From Selaginella moellendorffii (lineage: Eukaryota; Plantae; Lycopodiophyta), in assembly GCF_000143415.4 (NCBI RefSeq), contig NW_003314266.1:456463-520462 (forward strand): DNA of 64,000 nucleotides, in the 5' to 3' direction. Shown in pieces: positions 36,401-49,307 of the stretch. How positions within the stretch are numbered: the stretch's first letter is position 1; each line of letters opens with the position of its first letter. A program made the translations under genes and the position numbers. Under the pieces are notes generated by a model. The model had not been told where the DNA came from. It was given only the letters and a program-made list of their open reading frames with translations, and made no database searches.

Positions 36401-38310
36401 CTTTTATTGCTAAGACTCCACTTGCTCCTTTGATCCCACTTATGGGAGATGGTCCACTCTTGCCTTCACCTCAAGATCCTATTCATGAGTTACCACTAGA
36501 GATTCCATTGGGGAATCCTCCACTTCTGGATATGCTTGAACCAACTGATGCTCCTCCAGTCGAGGACAAGCCTCTGACACCTCCACCACCTTGTTGACGT
36601 CGTGGCATGCCTGATTTGATGCTAGTTCTTGATCACCTCTGGGAACATTGGCCCTTGTTGAAAGTCTAGGAAAATGCTGAAGCAGATGCTACAGAGCTTG
36701 ATAACTTTTATGGCCTTGTTGACATTGGCATCCCCATGACCCATGATAAAGCCGTCTCAGGACCTGAGGCTCTATCTTGGATGGAAGCCATTGCGGAAGA
36801 AGTTTCTTCCATTCGGTTTAACAAAATTAATGTTCCAGTTGATTCAGCGCCACCAAGACGACATGTTTTGGATCCAAAATGGATTTTTTCCAAAAAGTAT
36901 GGGAAAAATGGTCAAGTTGTACGTTATAAGGCACAATTGATTGTTCACAGTTTTTGCTAAATTCATGGCCTTGACTATGATGAAACATTCTCACCAGTTG
37001 TAAAAATTGCCAGCCTCCATACTTTTTTTGCACTTGCGGCTACTCGCAAATGGCAAATCCACCATATGGATGTCAAAACTGCATTTTTGAATGGGGATTT
37101 GCAAGAGGACATCTATATGCATATACCTCCTGGTTTTGACCTTGGTGGCCATACATGGCAATTGCAGAAAGCTTTGTATGGCCTAAAATAGAGCTCCTAT
37201 ATTTGGTATCAAAAATTTGATGCCACCCTACGCACTCAGGGCTTTTGTCGTTGCCATGCTGATCATAATGTGTATGTGAATAGTCATGTTGAGAGCATGC
37301 TTATTGTGGCCCTCTGCGTTGATGATTTTCTCATTATGGGTGATGACATGGATGCCATTGCTGCTCTGAAAGCTGCTCTCAGCCAGCAATTCCAGATGAA
37401 GGACCTTGGCCAAGTCTCCTACTTTCTTGGCTTTGAAGTCACATGCGATCCTGAGTCTAGTGGCTACATGCTTAGTCAATGACGTAAAGTCGAAGTCTTG
37501 TTGGATCAGTTTGGTATGTGTGATTGCCACCCCGTCAAGACCCCAATGGTTGCTGGTGCTATCGACCTCACAGTTGAGCAGTCTAGTGAACCTCTACCCA
37601 ATAGGACTCCCTATTGGCATCTCATTGGTTGCCTCATGTATTTGGCCCTGATGACTCGCCCTGACATCACATATGCGACTATTGTTTTGAGTCAATATAA
37701 CACATCACCAACCACCATACATTGGCAAGCTGCCAAGTGTATCATGAGATACCTCCGGGGCATTATGGACTACAACATTGCTTATTCAAGGGGTGATGCA
37801 TCATTGACATGGATGCTAGTTTTGCCAACAACAAAGGCCATCACTCGACTTCTGGCATTTGCCTTTCCTTCTCAGGAGGTGCCATCACATGGGCCTCCAA
37901 GCAACAATCTGTGGTGGCACTTTCTAGTGCAGAAGCGGAGTATATCACACTCAATACTGGTAGCAGGGATGTGGTCTGGCGATGGTTACTTGCTGAGCTG
38001 GGATGTGCACAAGCTGGCCCCACTACCTCTTGGTGTGACAACTGAAACAGCATTGCCATGTCCAAGAACCATGTCCACCATGCTCGCTCAAAGCACATTG
38101 AAGTCCAATTTCACTACGTGCATGAGTTGGTTGATGGTGGCATCTTGGCCATCCAACATCTCAGGACACAGGACATGCCAGCCGACCTTCTCACCAAGCC
38201 ATTGGGGCCACACTAGTTTCAGCTCCTATGCGATAGATTTGGTTTGGTGAGTGGCTTCGGTTTGGGGGGAGTGTTACACATTGTGGACATTAGGGTTTTC
38301 CTGTTCTGTC
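33427..38310 (+). mobile_element. Decayed Ty1/Copia LTR retrotransposon
   Basis: PBS TGGTATCAGAGC at 34193-34204; gag; protease WLLDSSCT; LWHKRLG; integrase FIDDYSR and TPEQNGVAERKNRTL; RT HMDVKTAFLNG and CVDDFL; RNaseH ALSSAEAEY; PPT at 38264-38271 then TG. Many stops and frameshifts. Confidence 0.92.
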
Positions 38311-38960
38311 CATTAGCGCGGTGCGCTTTGATCCCAATTTGTCTCAGAGCTGTAAAACGTTGAATATTGTTGCATGCCATTGCAGCTGGGGAGCTCTACC
38401 TGGATGAGCCTGCTTGCTTCTTGCCGGATCCATAGCGATGCACGGCAAGCCACCAGAGCCGGGTGGTATGCTAAAGCACCAGTTTTGCTCACCAATGTCC
38501 TCGTCGAGAGTCACTAAGTGTCAATGAAGAACACAAAACAATATCCTCCATGTAGAGCTGTAAAACGTTGAATATTGTTGTGAAGCTTTGATACTGTCAA
38601 CTTGAAATTTGTAGCAAAATAGACCACCTGTTCCCACAGGAGCAGCGTTTCATAGACGTCAAATTCATATTCCAGTGGCTCGTAGATTTTAGATTGCCTC
38701 CTTAATATATTTCTATGTCGTGCACAACTGAGCCATAAAACTTTTTAACTTATTGTCTTTATAGTCCTACCGTGAAGCATTTAACTTCACAGTAGTGTTC
38801 GTCAGCGAATTGTTGTTAACAAACAAGTACCAAGAAAAAAATTAAAGAAAGCACAAACTTCGGATTCCATGTTCCCATGCGCTCCACGTTGTGGTAGTAT
38901 AAAATGGCGTACTTTCCAGCCTAACGCTCACTCCTCTCTAGTGTGTTTCTTATAAGATCA

Positions 38961-40180
38961 ATGGCTCTCACAGCAGCTCCAAAGTTCTACACCATCGAAT
39001 CAGTTGCTTATCCTGGCTACTATGTTACTCATAAGGCACCCAGATTGTTCTCAAGTCCAAGGACGCGCTCAATCCCTTCCAGGATCCAGATCTAAAACTT
39101 ATCCAAATTTTTATCATCTTGGTTTTGATGGGGAAACTCTTCTACAGCTGTGGTACAGGGACGAGTCATGGCAGTCCTGAGCCAGGATACCAGTGGCCTC
39201 TCTGCGTTTGTGTTTTATAAACCACGGCTCCAAGAAAGCTCTCCGCTCCCAGGAAATCTCAACATCTCGACGCGTTGTCAAGATATAGCATCACTGCAAG
39301 CTTGTCTACGTTTGCTCAAAATGAAATGAAAGGCTACTGTTGGAGACTATGATCCGGCTGTCGAGGACGATTCTCTCCTCTGGTCTGTTGGCCAAAGCTC
39401 GGACGATCAAGTTTCGATCACAATGACTGGGAATTCGTCTGCGTTCTTGAGCCACACTTCCTCAAGTTCGAAATTCAAAGACGGGGTGCCGGTGGTGACA
39501 TCCACCAGCGGTGGAAGCTCCCGGTGGAAGCTCGTCACTTATGGTAATCCTCTGGACTTGTGGCCAATTCCCTTTGATCTTCTCGTTGTGCTGCACAGAG
39601 CCTTCTCAAGTGTACAGGATTCTGTGTCACTGGTTTGGGCAGTACTTGACTTGGAAGCAGCAAAATGTGGACGTCACTTTCAAGGATGCAATCAAGCACA
39701 ACGACGAGACAAATGTGGTTGCTGTTAGTCCAAACAACATTTCTCTCGATGGCATGGTTTGTAACTTTGATCTGACACTATCATCTTCGATCTCACATGT
39801 GTTATCATAATAGATATGGTACAAGGTCCCCGTCAGAGGCCGAGACGATACCAGGTGACTGGTTTAGCACTCAAAGGGTCAACAAAGCACTCTTTGAAAA
39901 CTTTGCAAACTGAACTTGACGATCATCGCAGGTGCTATTGACTCAATATGATCCTCTCGACTACGACTTCGTGTGGTCTGAGAACCGATTTCAGGCTTCA
40001 AACACGGACTATCTCGCGATCAAGCTGGATGGAACAAATTTGCAGTGGGCTCTGCAGAACGATGATCAGTACCAGAACAGTGCGTGGTACCATCCTCTCA
40101 CGCTCCGCCCAGCATCTGCAAACCAAGGATATCTTGAGCAGCAGACCTGGAAATTCAATCCAGTGGTGGCAGGCAGTTAA
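38961..40180 (+). pseudogene. Two-domain Euonymus-type (EUL) ricin-B lectin paralogue, frameshifted
   Basis: Exon-by-exon similarity to 43251-44524. 1-nt loss near 39030 and a deletion near 39850. Confidence 0.7.
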
Positions 40181-40299
40181 CCATGAACCATGCTGTACTC
40201 ATTACCAGTTTTCTTCTTGCAAATAAAACTCCCTGTTTGATCATGATCGGCTCGATCATCGTCTCTGCAAACACGATGATCTCAGGCTAATCTCCGGCA

Positions 40300-40850
40300 A
40301 GATCGCCTCAGCTCCCAGGATCTTCGAGATGTCCCCCGACTTCGTAAGCCCAAAGCGGCGATGTCTAGATTCTTCCACACCATGCCGGCTCGCAGCGGCG
40401 TCTTGTGCTCCAGGCCTGGCCAGAAAGATCTTGTTGGATCGAAGTCCTGTCTCTTGGATGATCGCGATTTACGGCCAAGCTGGTCGCATCGTCCGGTCCC
40501 TCAAGATCATCCACAGCTTCCACCTGAAAGGAATGCTGCCGGATCAAGCCACGTTCGTCTGCGTTCTAGCTGCGTGTAGCCACGCTGGTCTGCTCGAAGT
40601 TGCGTACGAGATCTTCTGCTCCACTGTGAACTACGGGCTTTCCTTGCTCGGAGATCACTGCCGCTGCATGGTTGATCTCCTCGGATGCTCTGGCCAGTAG
40701 GAAGAGGCCGATGCATGCCATCGCAGCCGGGGAGCTCGGCCTGGACGAGCCTGTTAGCTTCTTGCCGGATCCATAGTGACGCACGGCGAGCTGCCAGAGC
40801 CGGGCAGTATGCTAAAGCGCCAGTGTTGCGTCCTCGTCGAGAGTCACTAA
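40300..40850 (+). pseudogene. PLS-class PPR fragment
   Basis: SWMIAIYGQAG, PDQATFVCVLAACSHAGLL, CMVDLLG, WTSLLASCRIH, with a stop. Its 3' part is duplicated at 38370-38518. Confidence 0.8.
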
Positions 40851-42842
40851 GATTTTTTTTTGTTTCCCATGGCTGCGCTGCTGCACCTGCTGTGGTCTGA
40901 TGCACACCAGGTCCTCGAGCTTGTTGCCGTCGATCTTGTACATGGTGACGCCTTCCATGGCGCGGTAATGGTGTTGAGCTTCACTTCTCAGGGAGTTCAC
41001 GCTTGTTTTCTCCCACTTTGCGTAGTTTGAGTTCTTGCGGGTCTCGCTCATGTCTTTTGATCCTGACAGGCGTCCATTTCGAGATGAACTTCCCCATACT
41101 TTGCAGTTCTTGAAAGCTCCCTGGTCTTTGCCTGGCTTTCGTTTGAGTCCCATTGCTGCGTAGTAGGCTGCGTTTACTGTCGGTCGGGTCGGAATGACCG
41201 ACCAGTCTTGCTTTCTGGCTTCTCGCATTGGAGAATGCAGCCTCATTGTCTGTATGCACGGAGACTGTCAATGATAATCCACAGTCGTTCTTCTTACCCC
41301 GAGGCATTCCAACAGTTGATAGTAGGCTCTGCCTTGTAGTGGATTGTGTCCCTTGCGAGAGAAGTAACGAGTCTTATAGATGAAAAGAATGGTACAATGA
41401 TAAGAAGTTGGAAGGAGTGTGAGTCAATACCATTCCGTGTAGCCTGGATCCACCGTAAAACCATACATATCCACCGAGTTACACATTGACAAGGCGAGCT
41501 CCAAAGACTTAATGCCTGTCCCTTTCGCTCCCCGACGGAAAACTACACCTTGGAACAAGTAGACAGGATTCGGAAGAAGCTGTAAAAGATAAAACTCAGT
41601 TAGCAAACCGCATAGCAAACGTCAAAGGCCCTATCACTTTTATTTTAGCGTTGAAGTCCCGATGGATAACACTCTTGATAATCAACACTTCATCATCTGC
41701 AAAAATCCTCTTTTGCATTAAGCCAGTACTTCGTTCATAGACTTCTACTACGTACCAGATCCCGTTGCAACCTCAAGCAGGTTTCTTACTACTCCATGAG
41801 CCATCAATCGAAAACTCCGTTTCATGCCAACATGCTTTGCGTATTTCTGTGAAATGGAAGCAACTTTTGCGAGCTCAGTAGTACGCAACCTTTGTGAGGT
41901 GATTACCGTGGTCACTGGTGCCTCATTGTCTCGGATGACAATATCGTGAGCATCTATCACCTTTCCAAACTCCGTCTTTAAAAGGTCTCCTGAGTTCCCC
42001 ACCACCGCACACGTCCTAAACTGGCGCGGCCAAAACGGTGGCTTTGGCGGTAGTATCAACTCGAGATGTTCTTCGCACAGGCTTCGATTGGAACAGTTAG
42101 CTGCACCCCTGCACAACTATATAAAAAACTTCCATCAACGTCAAGCTTAGCTTACAGTTGAGCTATTCGTTTTGCAGCGTAGTCCATCCAGCCACCGGGA
42201 CGTGCATCCAAATACTCGCGAGTCAATATCGTTGTGACGTTTCGATACTGCAAACTCAAAAGTGTTATTTGAATCAAGAGCAAAATTTGCAGCAAAGTAC
42301 CTGTTCCCACAGGAGCAGCGTCTCGCAGACGTCAAATTCATACTCCAGTGGCTCGTAGATTTTGAACTGCTCATTTCGCTGTACTGAGTAAACTTGTAAG
42401 CTTTGATCACGCAAAAATATTTCTAGTTACTTACCCAGGTACTATTTGTTCCCTCCGGATATTTCAGCACGATCTTGCAAGCATCCTTCACGGTTGCAGT
42501 CAATCCAAGCCCATTTCTTTCCTGTAAAAAGAAAGCATTGAAGCATCACTACTCTCCAACGAAGAAAACAAAGGAAAGAACATATAAGATCGAGAAAACT
42601 TACCACGCATTTTTGGACTTGACGCTGGAACGAATCAAGCGTAGAAGCGTCCCGATCTCGCAAGAAAAAGAAAAATCCTGGGGGCTGCAAGCCTACATTT
42701 CTCCCGCAACAAAGAGCGATCGATCCACATCCAACAATCGCAGCGAGATACCTTCCACCTTGGGGCGCCAGGAACAGGAGGCAGATCAGGGACACCAGCG
42801 CCGCAATCGCGAGTGGGAGCGACAATAGCAAGGCCACGCCAT
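40812..42842 (-). CDS. Sialyltransferase-like protein (GT29, SIA1/MGP2 type), possibly disabled
   Basis: Sialylmotif [55 protein letters not shown], and C-terminal [13 protein letters not shown]. The start-codon frame and one acceptor look damaged. Confidence 0.85.
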
Positions 42843-42944
42843 TTTTCGCCCCCTCCTACGCACGGATCAAGCGAGCTCCTCCCTGCAAACCTTGCTCGGG
42901 GGGCAATGCTCAGCAAAGAAGGCTCAGTCAATTAATATGTTAAT

Positions 42945-43016
42945 GGAGGTATAGCTCAAAGGTAGAGCAATCGGCTGCAGTCCGATAGGTCACCAGTTCA
43001 ATCCTGGTTGCCTCCT
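42945..43016 (+). tRNA. trnC-GCA: tRNA-Cys (GCA)
   Basis: Acceptor stem GGAGGTA/TGCCTCC, discriminator T, D arm GCTC..GAGC, anticodon arm ATCGG-CTGCAGT-CCGAT, T loop GTTCAATC. Confidence 0.93.
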
Positions 43017-43250
43017 TCGCCAATAATTTCTTCTACCAAAACAAATCTGTCAGCGTCGACGCCTGGATAACCTTCCAACCAACGCTACATATGGTAGGCA
43101 CAAAGTCAGTGTAAGAAGTGTGAAACACATGGGATAATGCGAGAGAAGCTGCCACTATATAAATTGGCATACGTTCAAAGAGCTCTATAACTTCACACTC
43201 ATCCCTTTGGCTTCTCAAAAGCTTTAGTCTTTTCTTAAGAGTTTAGAGAC

Positions 43251-44524
43251 ATGGCTCTCACAGCAGCTCCAAAGTTCTACACCATCGAGTCTGCTGCTTA
43301 TCCTGGCTATTGCATTACTCAGCAAGGCACCCAGATTGTTCTCAGGTCCAAGGACGCGCTCAACCCCTTCCAGGTAAAATCTTTGGAAACTTTGCCGGTT
43401 GTCGATCATCATGGGAAACTCTTGTGCAGCTGTGGTACAGGGATGAGTCATGGAACTTGCTGAACCAGGACTCCGCGTTCGTGTTTGTAAACCACGGCTC
43501 TAAGAAAGCTCTCCGGTCCCAGGCACACTCAACGTCTCGAAGCAAGGTAAACAGAAAATAGTATTCATACTATACACAGTTTCTGATCATATGGAATTTT
43601 GATGGCAAAAGGCTACTATTGGAGACTATGATCCGGCAGTCCAAGACGATTATCTCCTGTGGCGTATTTCCGGGAGCCACGAAAATCAAGTCTTGATCAC
43701 CATGACTGGAAACAAGTCATCTTTTCTGAGCCACACTTCCTCAACTGCTAGCTTCAAGGATGGGGTGCCAGTGGTGACATCCAACAGCGATGGAAACTCT
43801 CACTGGAAGCTCGTCACTTACGGTAAGCATATGATTTGTTCTTCTTGGTTGTGGTTCATATGATGATGCTGCACAGAACCTTCTCAAGAGTACAGGATTA
43901 TATGCGACTGGTATGAGCAATACTTGACTTGGAAGCAGCAAAATGTGGATGTAACTTTCAAGAATGCAGTCAAGCACAACGATGAGACAAACGTGGTGGC
44001 TATTCATCCAAGCAACGTTCCTCTCGACGGCATGGTTTGGATTTTTGTCGTTCTTTGTAATCTTATCTCATTCTATTCGATTACATATAGACATGGTACA
44101 AGGTTCCCGCTGGAGGAAGAGATGATACCACGTACTTCACCTCGTTCGTTCTCATAAACAAGGTGACTGGTCTTGCTCTCAAGGGGTCAACCAAGCCGGG
44201 AGACAAGGTAACTAGTGCACACTGTTGAAAACTTGAAGAAGTTCGCAAACTAAACGAATTGGATGATCATGGCAGGTGCTCTTGACTCAATATGATCCTC
44301 TCGACTACGGTTTCGTGTGGTCTGAGAACCGATTCCAGGCTTCAAAAACGGACTATCTCGCGATCAATCTGGATGGAACCAACTTGCAGTGGTCTCTGCA
44401 GGACAACAATCAGTACCAGAACAGTGCATGGTATCATCCTCTCGTGCTTCGCCCGGCATCTGCAAACCAAGGATTTGTTCAGCAGCAGGCATGGAAATTC
44501 AATCCAGTGGTGAACAATGTTTAG
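43251..44524 (+). CDS. Two-domain EUL (Euonymus-type ricin-B-like) lectin, about 6 exons
   Basis: Two repeats of the pattern QLWYRD..FVFVN..KKAL..LLxxYDP..D.LW and a terminal QAWKF. Short GT-AG introns. Confidence 0.78.
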
Positions 44525-44639
44525 CTGGGACTTTTATGTTCATAAATGAGATGAGAAGATGCTAGATGTATGCATAAAAGTTCGTATGAATAATTACACT
44601 TCTAAATGTATCAGCTGCAGTATGATCAATATGTCACCA

Positions 44640-45050
44640 GTGTTTGTAATCAATTCATATACTTCCCAGAGGGAGAGACGATACCACGCACTTCACCTCG
44701 TTCGTCCTCGTGGACAAGATGATTGGTTTGGCACTCAAGTGGTCAACCAAGCCGGGAGATTCAAGGTACTCTTGAAAACTGTGAAGAACTTTGCAAACTA
44801 GCCTTGGAGGTGCTCCTGACTCACTACGATCCTCCCGACTACGATTTCGTGTGCTCGATTCCAGGCGTCAAACACGGCCTATGTCGCGATCAATCTGAAT
44901 GGAACAAACTAGCAGTGGTCATTGCAGAACGATGATCAGTACCAGAACAGTGCCTGGTATCATCCTCTCGTGCTTCATCCGGAATCTACAAACCAAGGAT
45001 ATGTTGAGCAGCAGACCTGAAAGTTCAATCCAGTGGTGGCAAGCGGTTGA
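44640..45050 (+). pseudogene. Third, 3'-only EUL lectin fragment
   Basis: Matches the last two exons of 43251-44524 with deletions and a stop. Confidence 0.75.
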
Positions 45051-45129
45051 CCATCAACCACGCTGTATTCATAACGAAACGCATACCATTGGTTTTCTCT
45101 TACAAATAAAGAGAGCTTGGTCCATCTTC

Positions 45130-45433
45130 TCACGGGAAAAAGAAACTCAGCACTTCCCACTTGTTTCTTTTTTCCATGGACCCAAGGACTTTGTCGCTTT
45201 TCTTCAGGTTTTCGTTCATTTCCATGGTCTGCAGGAACGGAACATTTGAGAAAACAAATTTTGGCTCGTTTGCTTACCTTGTTCTTGGCATGAAGCAGCT
45301 GATCTCTCTGCGAATGGAGCTGCTGCAGGATTGAAGCCCCCATCTCCTCGGATTCTGCCATTGCTTTCTTCATCTCTTTGATTCTCTCGCTCGACTTCTG
45401 CAGCTTATTTGTTGAGCGCTCCTCTGGATTCAT
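45130..45433 (-). CDS. Short VTI1-like Qb-SNARE (SNARE motif only), 2 exons
   Basis: STNKLQKSSERIKEMKKAMAESEEMGASILQQLHSQRDQLLHA spliced to NENLKKSDKVLGSMEKRNKW. Lacks the Habc domain and a full TM helix. Confidence 0.6.
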
Positions 45434-45476
45434 CGCTCAAGAGTCAAGACCTAGCTTGAATTGGAAAAAGGATATT

Positions 45477-46583
45477 TCATAGGTGAAAGGATATCTTTTC
45501 CGCAAGGCATTGGATCCAAGTCCGGTCTTTCACGTTGTAAGCTCTTGGGACGTCTGAAACAAGGAGGAGTCCACCGTCTCTGGAAGGAAAGGACTGTGCG
45601 AGTAGAGAGTTGAGCCCCTTTGGTATGAAACTCAAGCCAGAATCACCTGTGATGTTGAGAGTGAAATGCTATGGAATGAGCGAATGCTACGAACCAGCAC
45701 CAGAAGGGACGTAGATTGTTCTTTTGCTTTTGAGCTCTTGTAAAAACGAACGAAGCAAGGCCTGGAGGATTTTCAAAGGTGTTTCTGGATCGCCGTTGTC
45801 GACGCGTGGTAGATTCCAGCAGCCCCGAGCAAGGACGATTTCGTCTCCGTGAAAAGCTATCTGGAAGTGAAGGCCACGAATAGGAAAAACAAGAAAATTC
45901 AGTTGTAAGAAACGAACCACTGCGATTGTTTTTGTGTTCCGGATGAGCGCATACGAAACCCAAGCTAGCTCCTGTTTTTGAGCATCGGTAAGCCACTCGG
46001 CCATGACAAAAACTTGGCTCAAGTCGGAAGGCAAGCTTCCAGCTCTCGAGGATTGTCCATCCTGTGGAATAGTTCATGAAAAAAGACAGAGCAAAGCTAA
46101 AGTTACTTACTAGCTCCAGCTTTCTAAGAGATGGAAGAAGCACTGCGACAACAGATAAAAAGAGACCCACGCCTTCGGATCTCTGCAAGGAAACCGAAGA
46201 AATGTTTTCTGGAGAGGTGACAAATCTTTGATAATCACCCACCACTTACAAGCTGCGCCGGAGGAACAAGCTGACTAAAGATGTGATTGACAACGATCAA
46301 GCCTCCAAATGTGAATCCTAGAATGCGTGGCAATTTCGAATCATCGAATCCCGGAATGCCTGAATCAATCAAGCGATTTGACAAAAATAAATCTAACATC
46401 GGGTATGATTCTACCGAGTGTGAACCGAAGAACCGAGACATCAACATCTCGCGAGGCCCGCAGCTTCAATCTCGCATTCTTGCGCTGGCCTCGCAGAGGC
46501 AGGGCGGCATTGCTTGCAGCACATTTGCCCTCCCATACAGAGAACCAACCCGGGCGCCCAGCGGCAGCACTTCGCAAGAACAT
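45477..46583 (-). CDS. CCB2: Cofactor assembly of complex C subunit B CCB2, chloroplastic
   Basis: DVDVSVLRFTLG/IPGFDDSKLPRILG, PAQLRSE, QKQELAWVSYALIRNT, RAYNVKDRTWI. Multi-exon with an N-terminal transit-like region. Confidence 0.85.
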
Positions 46584-46650
46584 CACAAACCCTAAACCTT
46601 TGAATTAAACTTGGAATTCCCGCTCAAAAGAGCCCTAATCCTTTAAAGAG

Positions 46651-49307
46651 ATGCACTGCATTGCGCTGCCAGGGGCCTGTAGTCCAGTGTACCACTGCCG
46701 CCATGGTGCTAGGGTTTACTCTCTCGCCTCGCAGTCGCCATCGCGGGTCTCTTCGTCCGGCTACTCGCGCTCGCCGCCAGGTAGGAGCGAGAGAAGCGAT
46801 TTTCAGCGGTTCAAGAAAGATGGGACGCGGTATGGGGATAGGGATGAGTCTCGACCGCGGATATTTGGATTCGGGAATAGGAGGAGGCTGTGGAATCGAG
46901 ATCGTGGTGTGGAAGCCGACGATGACAGTGAGAAATATTTTGTTCCTCAGGATCAAGGAGACGAGGAAGACGAGTCTGAGGAATCCTCATCGTCTGACAA
47001 TTCTGATGGTAAGCTTCTTGCATTTCTAGATTAAAAGGAATTCAATCTCTCGTGGCAGAAGAGGAGAATGCCACATCTAGGCAGCAACCAGCCGTACTTG
47101 CTGAGCCTAAAACTCTGGCTAGAGACTTTCTCAAGAAGCTAAGAGCACGGCGTTTAGACGTGGAATCTAATAGCAAGGGGAGTTTGTCGCCCGTGAGTGA
47201 GGAAGGTGCGCTTTTCTTTTCTTTTGTCTTTCTTGTACGTTTTCTCATGCAAATTTTACGGTATTGCAGAGAATGGATCGCGATCTAGCGACATAAAACG
47301 CACGCTTAGAAGAAAAGAGAGCATCGACTACGAAGGTATTGTTGGATGAATTCTGTTTCTGTGAGCTGTAAAACTGTACTCATGCAGAAAATGAAACGAG
47401 CAATCGCTCTGAAAGAGAAGTGAGGGGCGATTCTACATTTTCTCGCCTTGGTAAAGGCTTGAACGATGAAAGTAAGATTTTTATTTTTTATTTTTTTTGT
47501 TTGTGAATATCTGAGACAATTTCTTGTAGTAAAGGAAACGGATTTTAAAAAGAAGCGCAGCTTTGGGAATGTTAAAACGGAGGAAGAAGTCCGTCCAAGG
47601 CGCTTGCCATCTAACAGTAAGGCTTACGATTCAGAGGACGAGTACTTTAGAAGAGACAGAAGAGAACGTAAAGAAAAACTGCGCGGGGACAATATGGGAT
47701 CTAAACGAGACGAAGAAAAAAAGCGGGTCGATGCCTTCCTCAGCACGAAAAAGTTCCAGGCGCTTGGTGCTTCGCAAGAGATGATCGCCGCACTTTCTTC
47801 GCTAGAGATTGTTCGGCCATCAGAAATACAGGTACTCTTTATTATGCTTTTAGTTTCTTTATGGAGACACACTATACGTGAAGGCGTTATCGTATAAACA
47901 AGTCATGAGGGGCAACAGCTGCATTATTGCGGATCAAACTGGCTCTGGTAAAACTCTGGCCTACTTGGCTCCCTTGGTGCAGCGCCTGAGAGAGGACGAG
48001 GAGAAAGGAAACTTCTCAACAGCAAAAAATCCTCGCGTGCTAGTCCTTGCTCCAACAAGCGAGCTTGCAATGCAGGTAAAGCTCTCATAATGGGAATTGA
48101 TGACCTCACATATCTCTTGCGCTCTTCTTTTTTGTTTCCCAAATTTATAGGTGCTGAGTGTGTGCAGAGCCTTGTCAACAACGTGTCCTTTGAAGTCCAT
48201 GGTGGCAACGGGTGGATTCAAGTGGAAAACACAGGTGGAGAATCTGGCTAGTGGGCCTGACATTGTTGTGGCAACGCCTGGGCGGTTTCTTCATCATTTG
48301 GAAGAAGAAACAATTCAGCTCGGTAAGCTGCAAAGGTGAGAACGAATCTCTTTAAAAACAATGTGATCGCTTTTTCTAAGCACGGGTGTTTGACTGTCTA
48401 GTGTTGTCCTCGATGAAGTCGACATACTATTCGAGGAGGAAGAGTTTGTAGAAGCGATGCAGCGGGTGAGGAAACTGGCATCGAAGGACGTCCAATACAT
48501 TCACGTGACTGCTACGTTACCAACTGATGTTCACGATAAAATTTTTAACAAGCACCCGGACTCTGTTCCTCTTCTAGGACCGAGTTTGCATCTCACTGCT
48601 CCTGGCCTCAACGAGGTTTGTTTTATCTTCTGATACTCCTTTTATCTGTCGAAGTTTGTTTCTTCTGTAGATCCTCGTCGATTGTAGTGGAGATGATGAC
48701 AGCGAAAAGACTCCCGAAGCTGCCTTTGAGAACAAAAAGAAAGAGCTCTTGAATCTACTGGGAGAGAAGCGTGTTCCGAAGACAATAATATTCTGCAACA
48801 AGGTGAGTACGAAAGCATTTTCTCCATTCGTAACAGAGGTTTCCTGTGCAGATTGAGACGTGCAGGAAGGTGGAAAACATACTAAACCGCTACGATCGAT
48901 CGGGTACAAAGCTATCCGTGCTGCCTTACCATGCAGCACTGTCGCAAGAAGCTCGACTGCAAAGCCTGCAAGATTTCCTGAGCTCGCAAAAGCCCGAAGT
49001 ATCAACATTCCTGGTGTGCACGGACAGGTAATTCTAAAACTGGGTTTCCTTCTTCTCAAGTATTTTATACTTCTCGTACAGAGCCTCCAGAGGCCTGGAC
49101 TCGGTTGGAGTGGGACGCGTCATCCTCTTCGACTACCCCCGAGATCCGAGCGAGTACATCCGGCGCGTGGGGAGAACCGCCCGAGCAGGCGGTGCTGGCA
49201 AAGTCTTCGTGTTCGTGGTGGGGAAGCAAGTCAGCCTGGCCAGAAAAGTCATGGCTCGTAACGAGAAACGGCATCCCGTGCACGCAGTACCTGGAGCTTC
49301 CACGTAA
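46651..49307 (+). CDS. RH50: DEAD-box RNA helicase, RH50-like
   Basis: PSEIQ, DQTGSGKTLAYL, PTSELA, ATPGR, LDEVD, VTAT, FCNKIETCRKVEN, TDRASRG, YIRRVGRTAR. DEVD/TAT variants and the DQ before motif I fit RH50. Confidence 0.88.
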
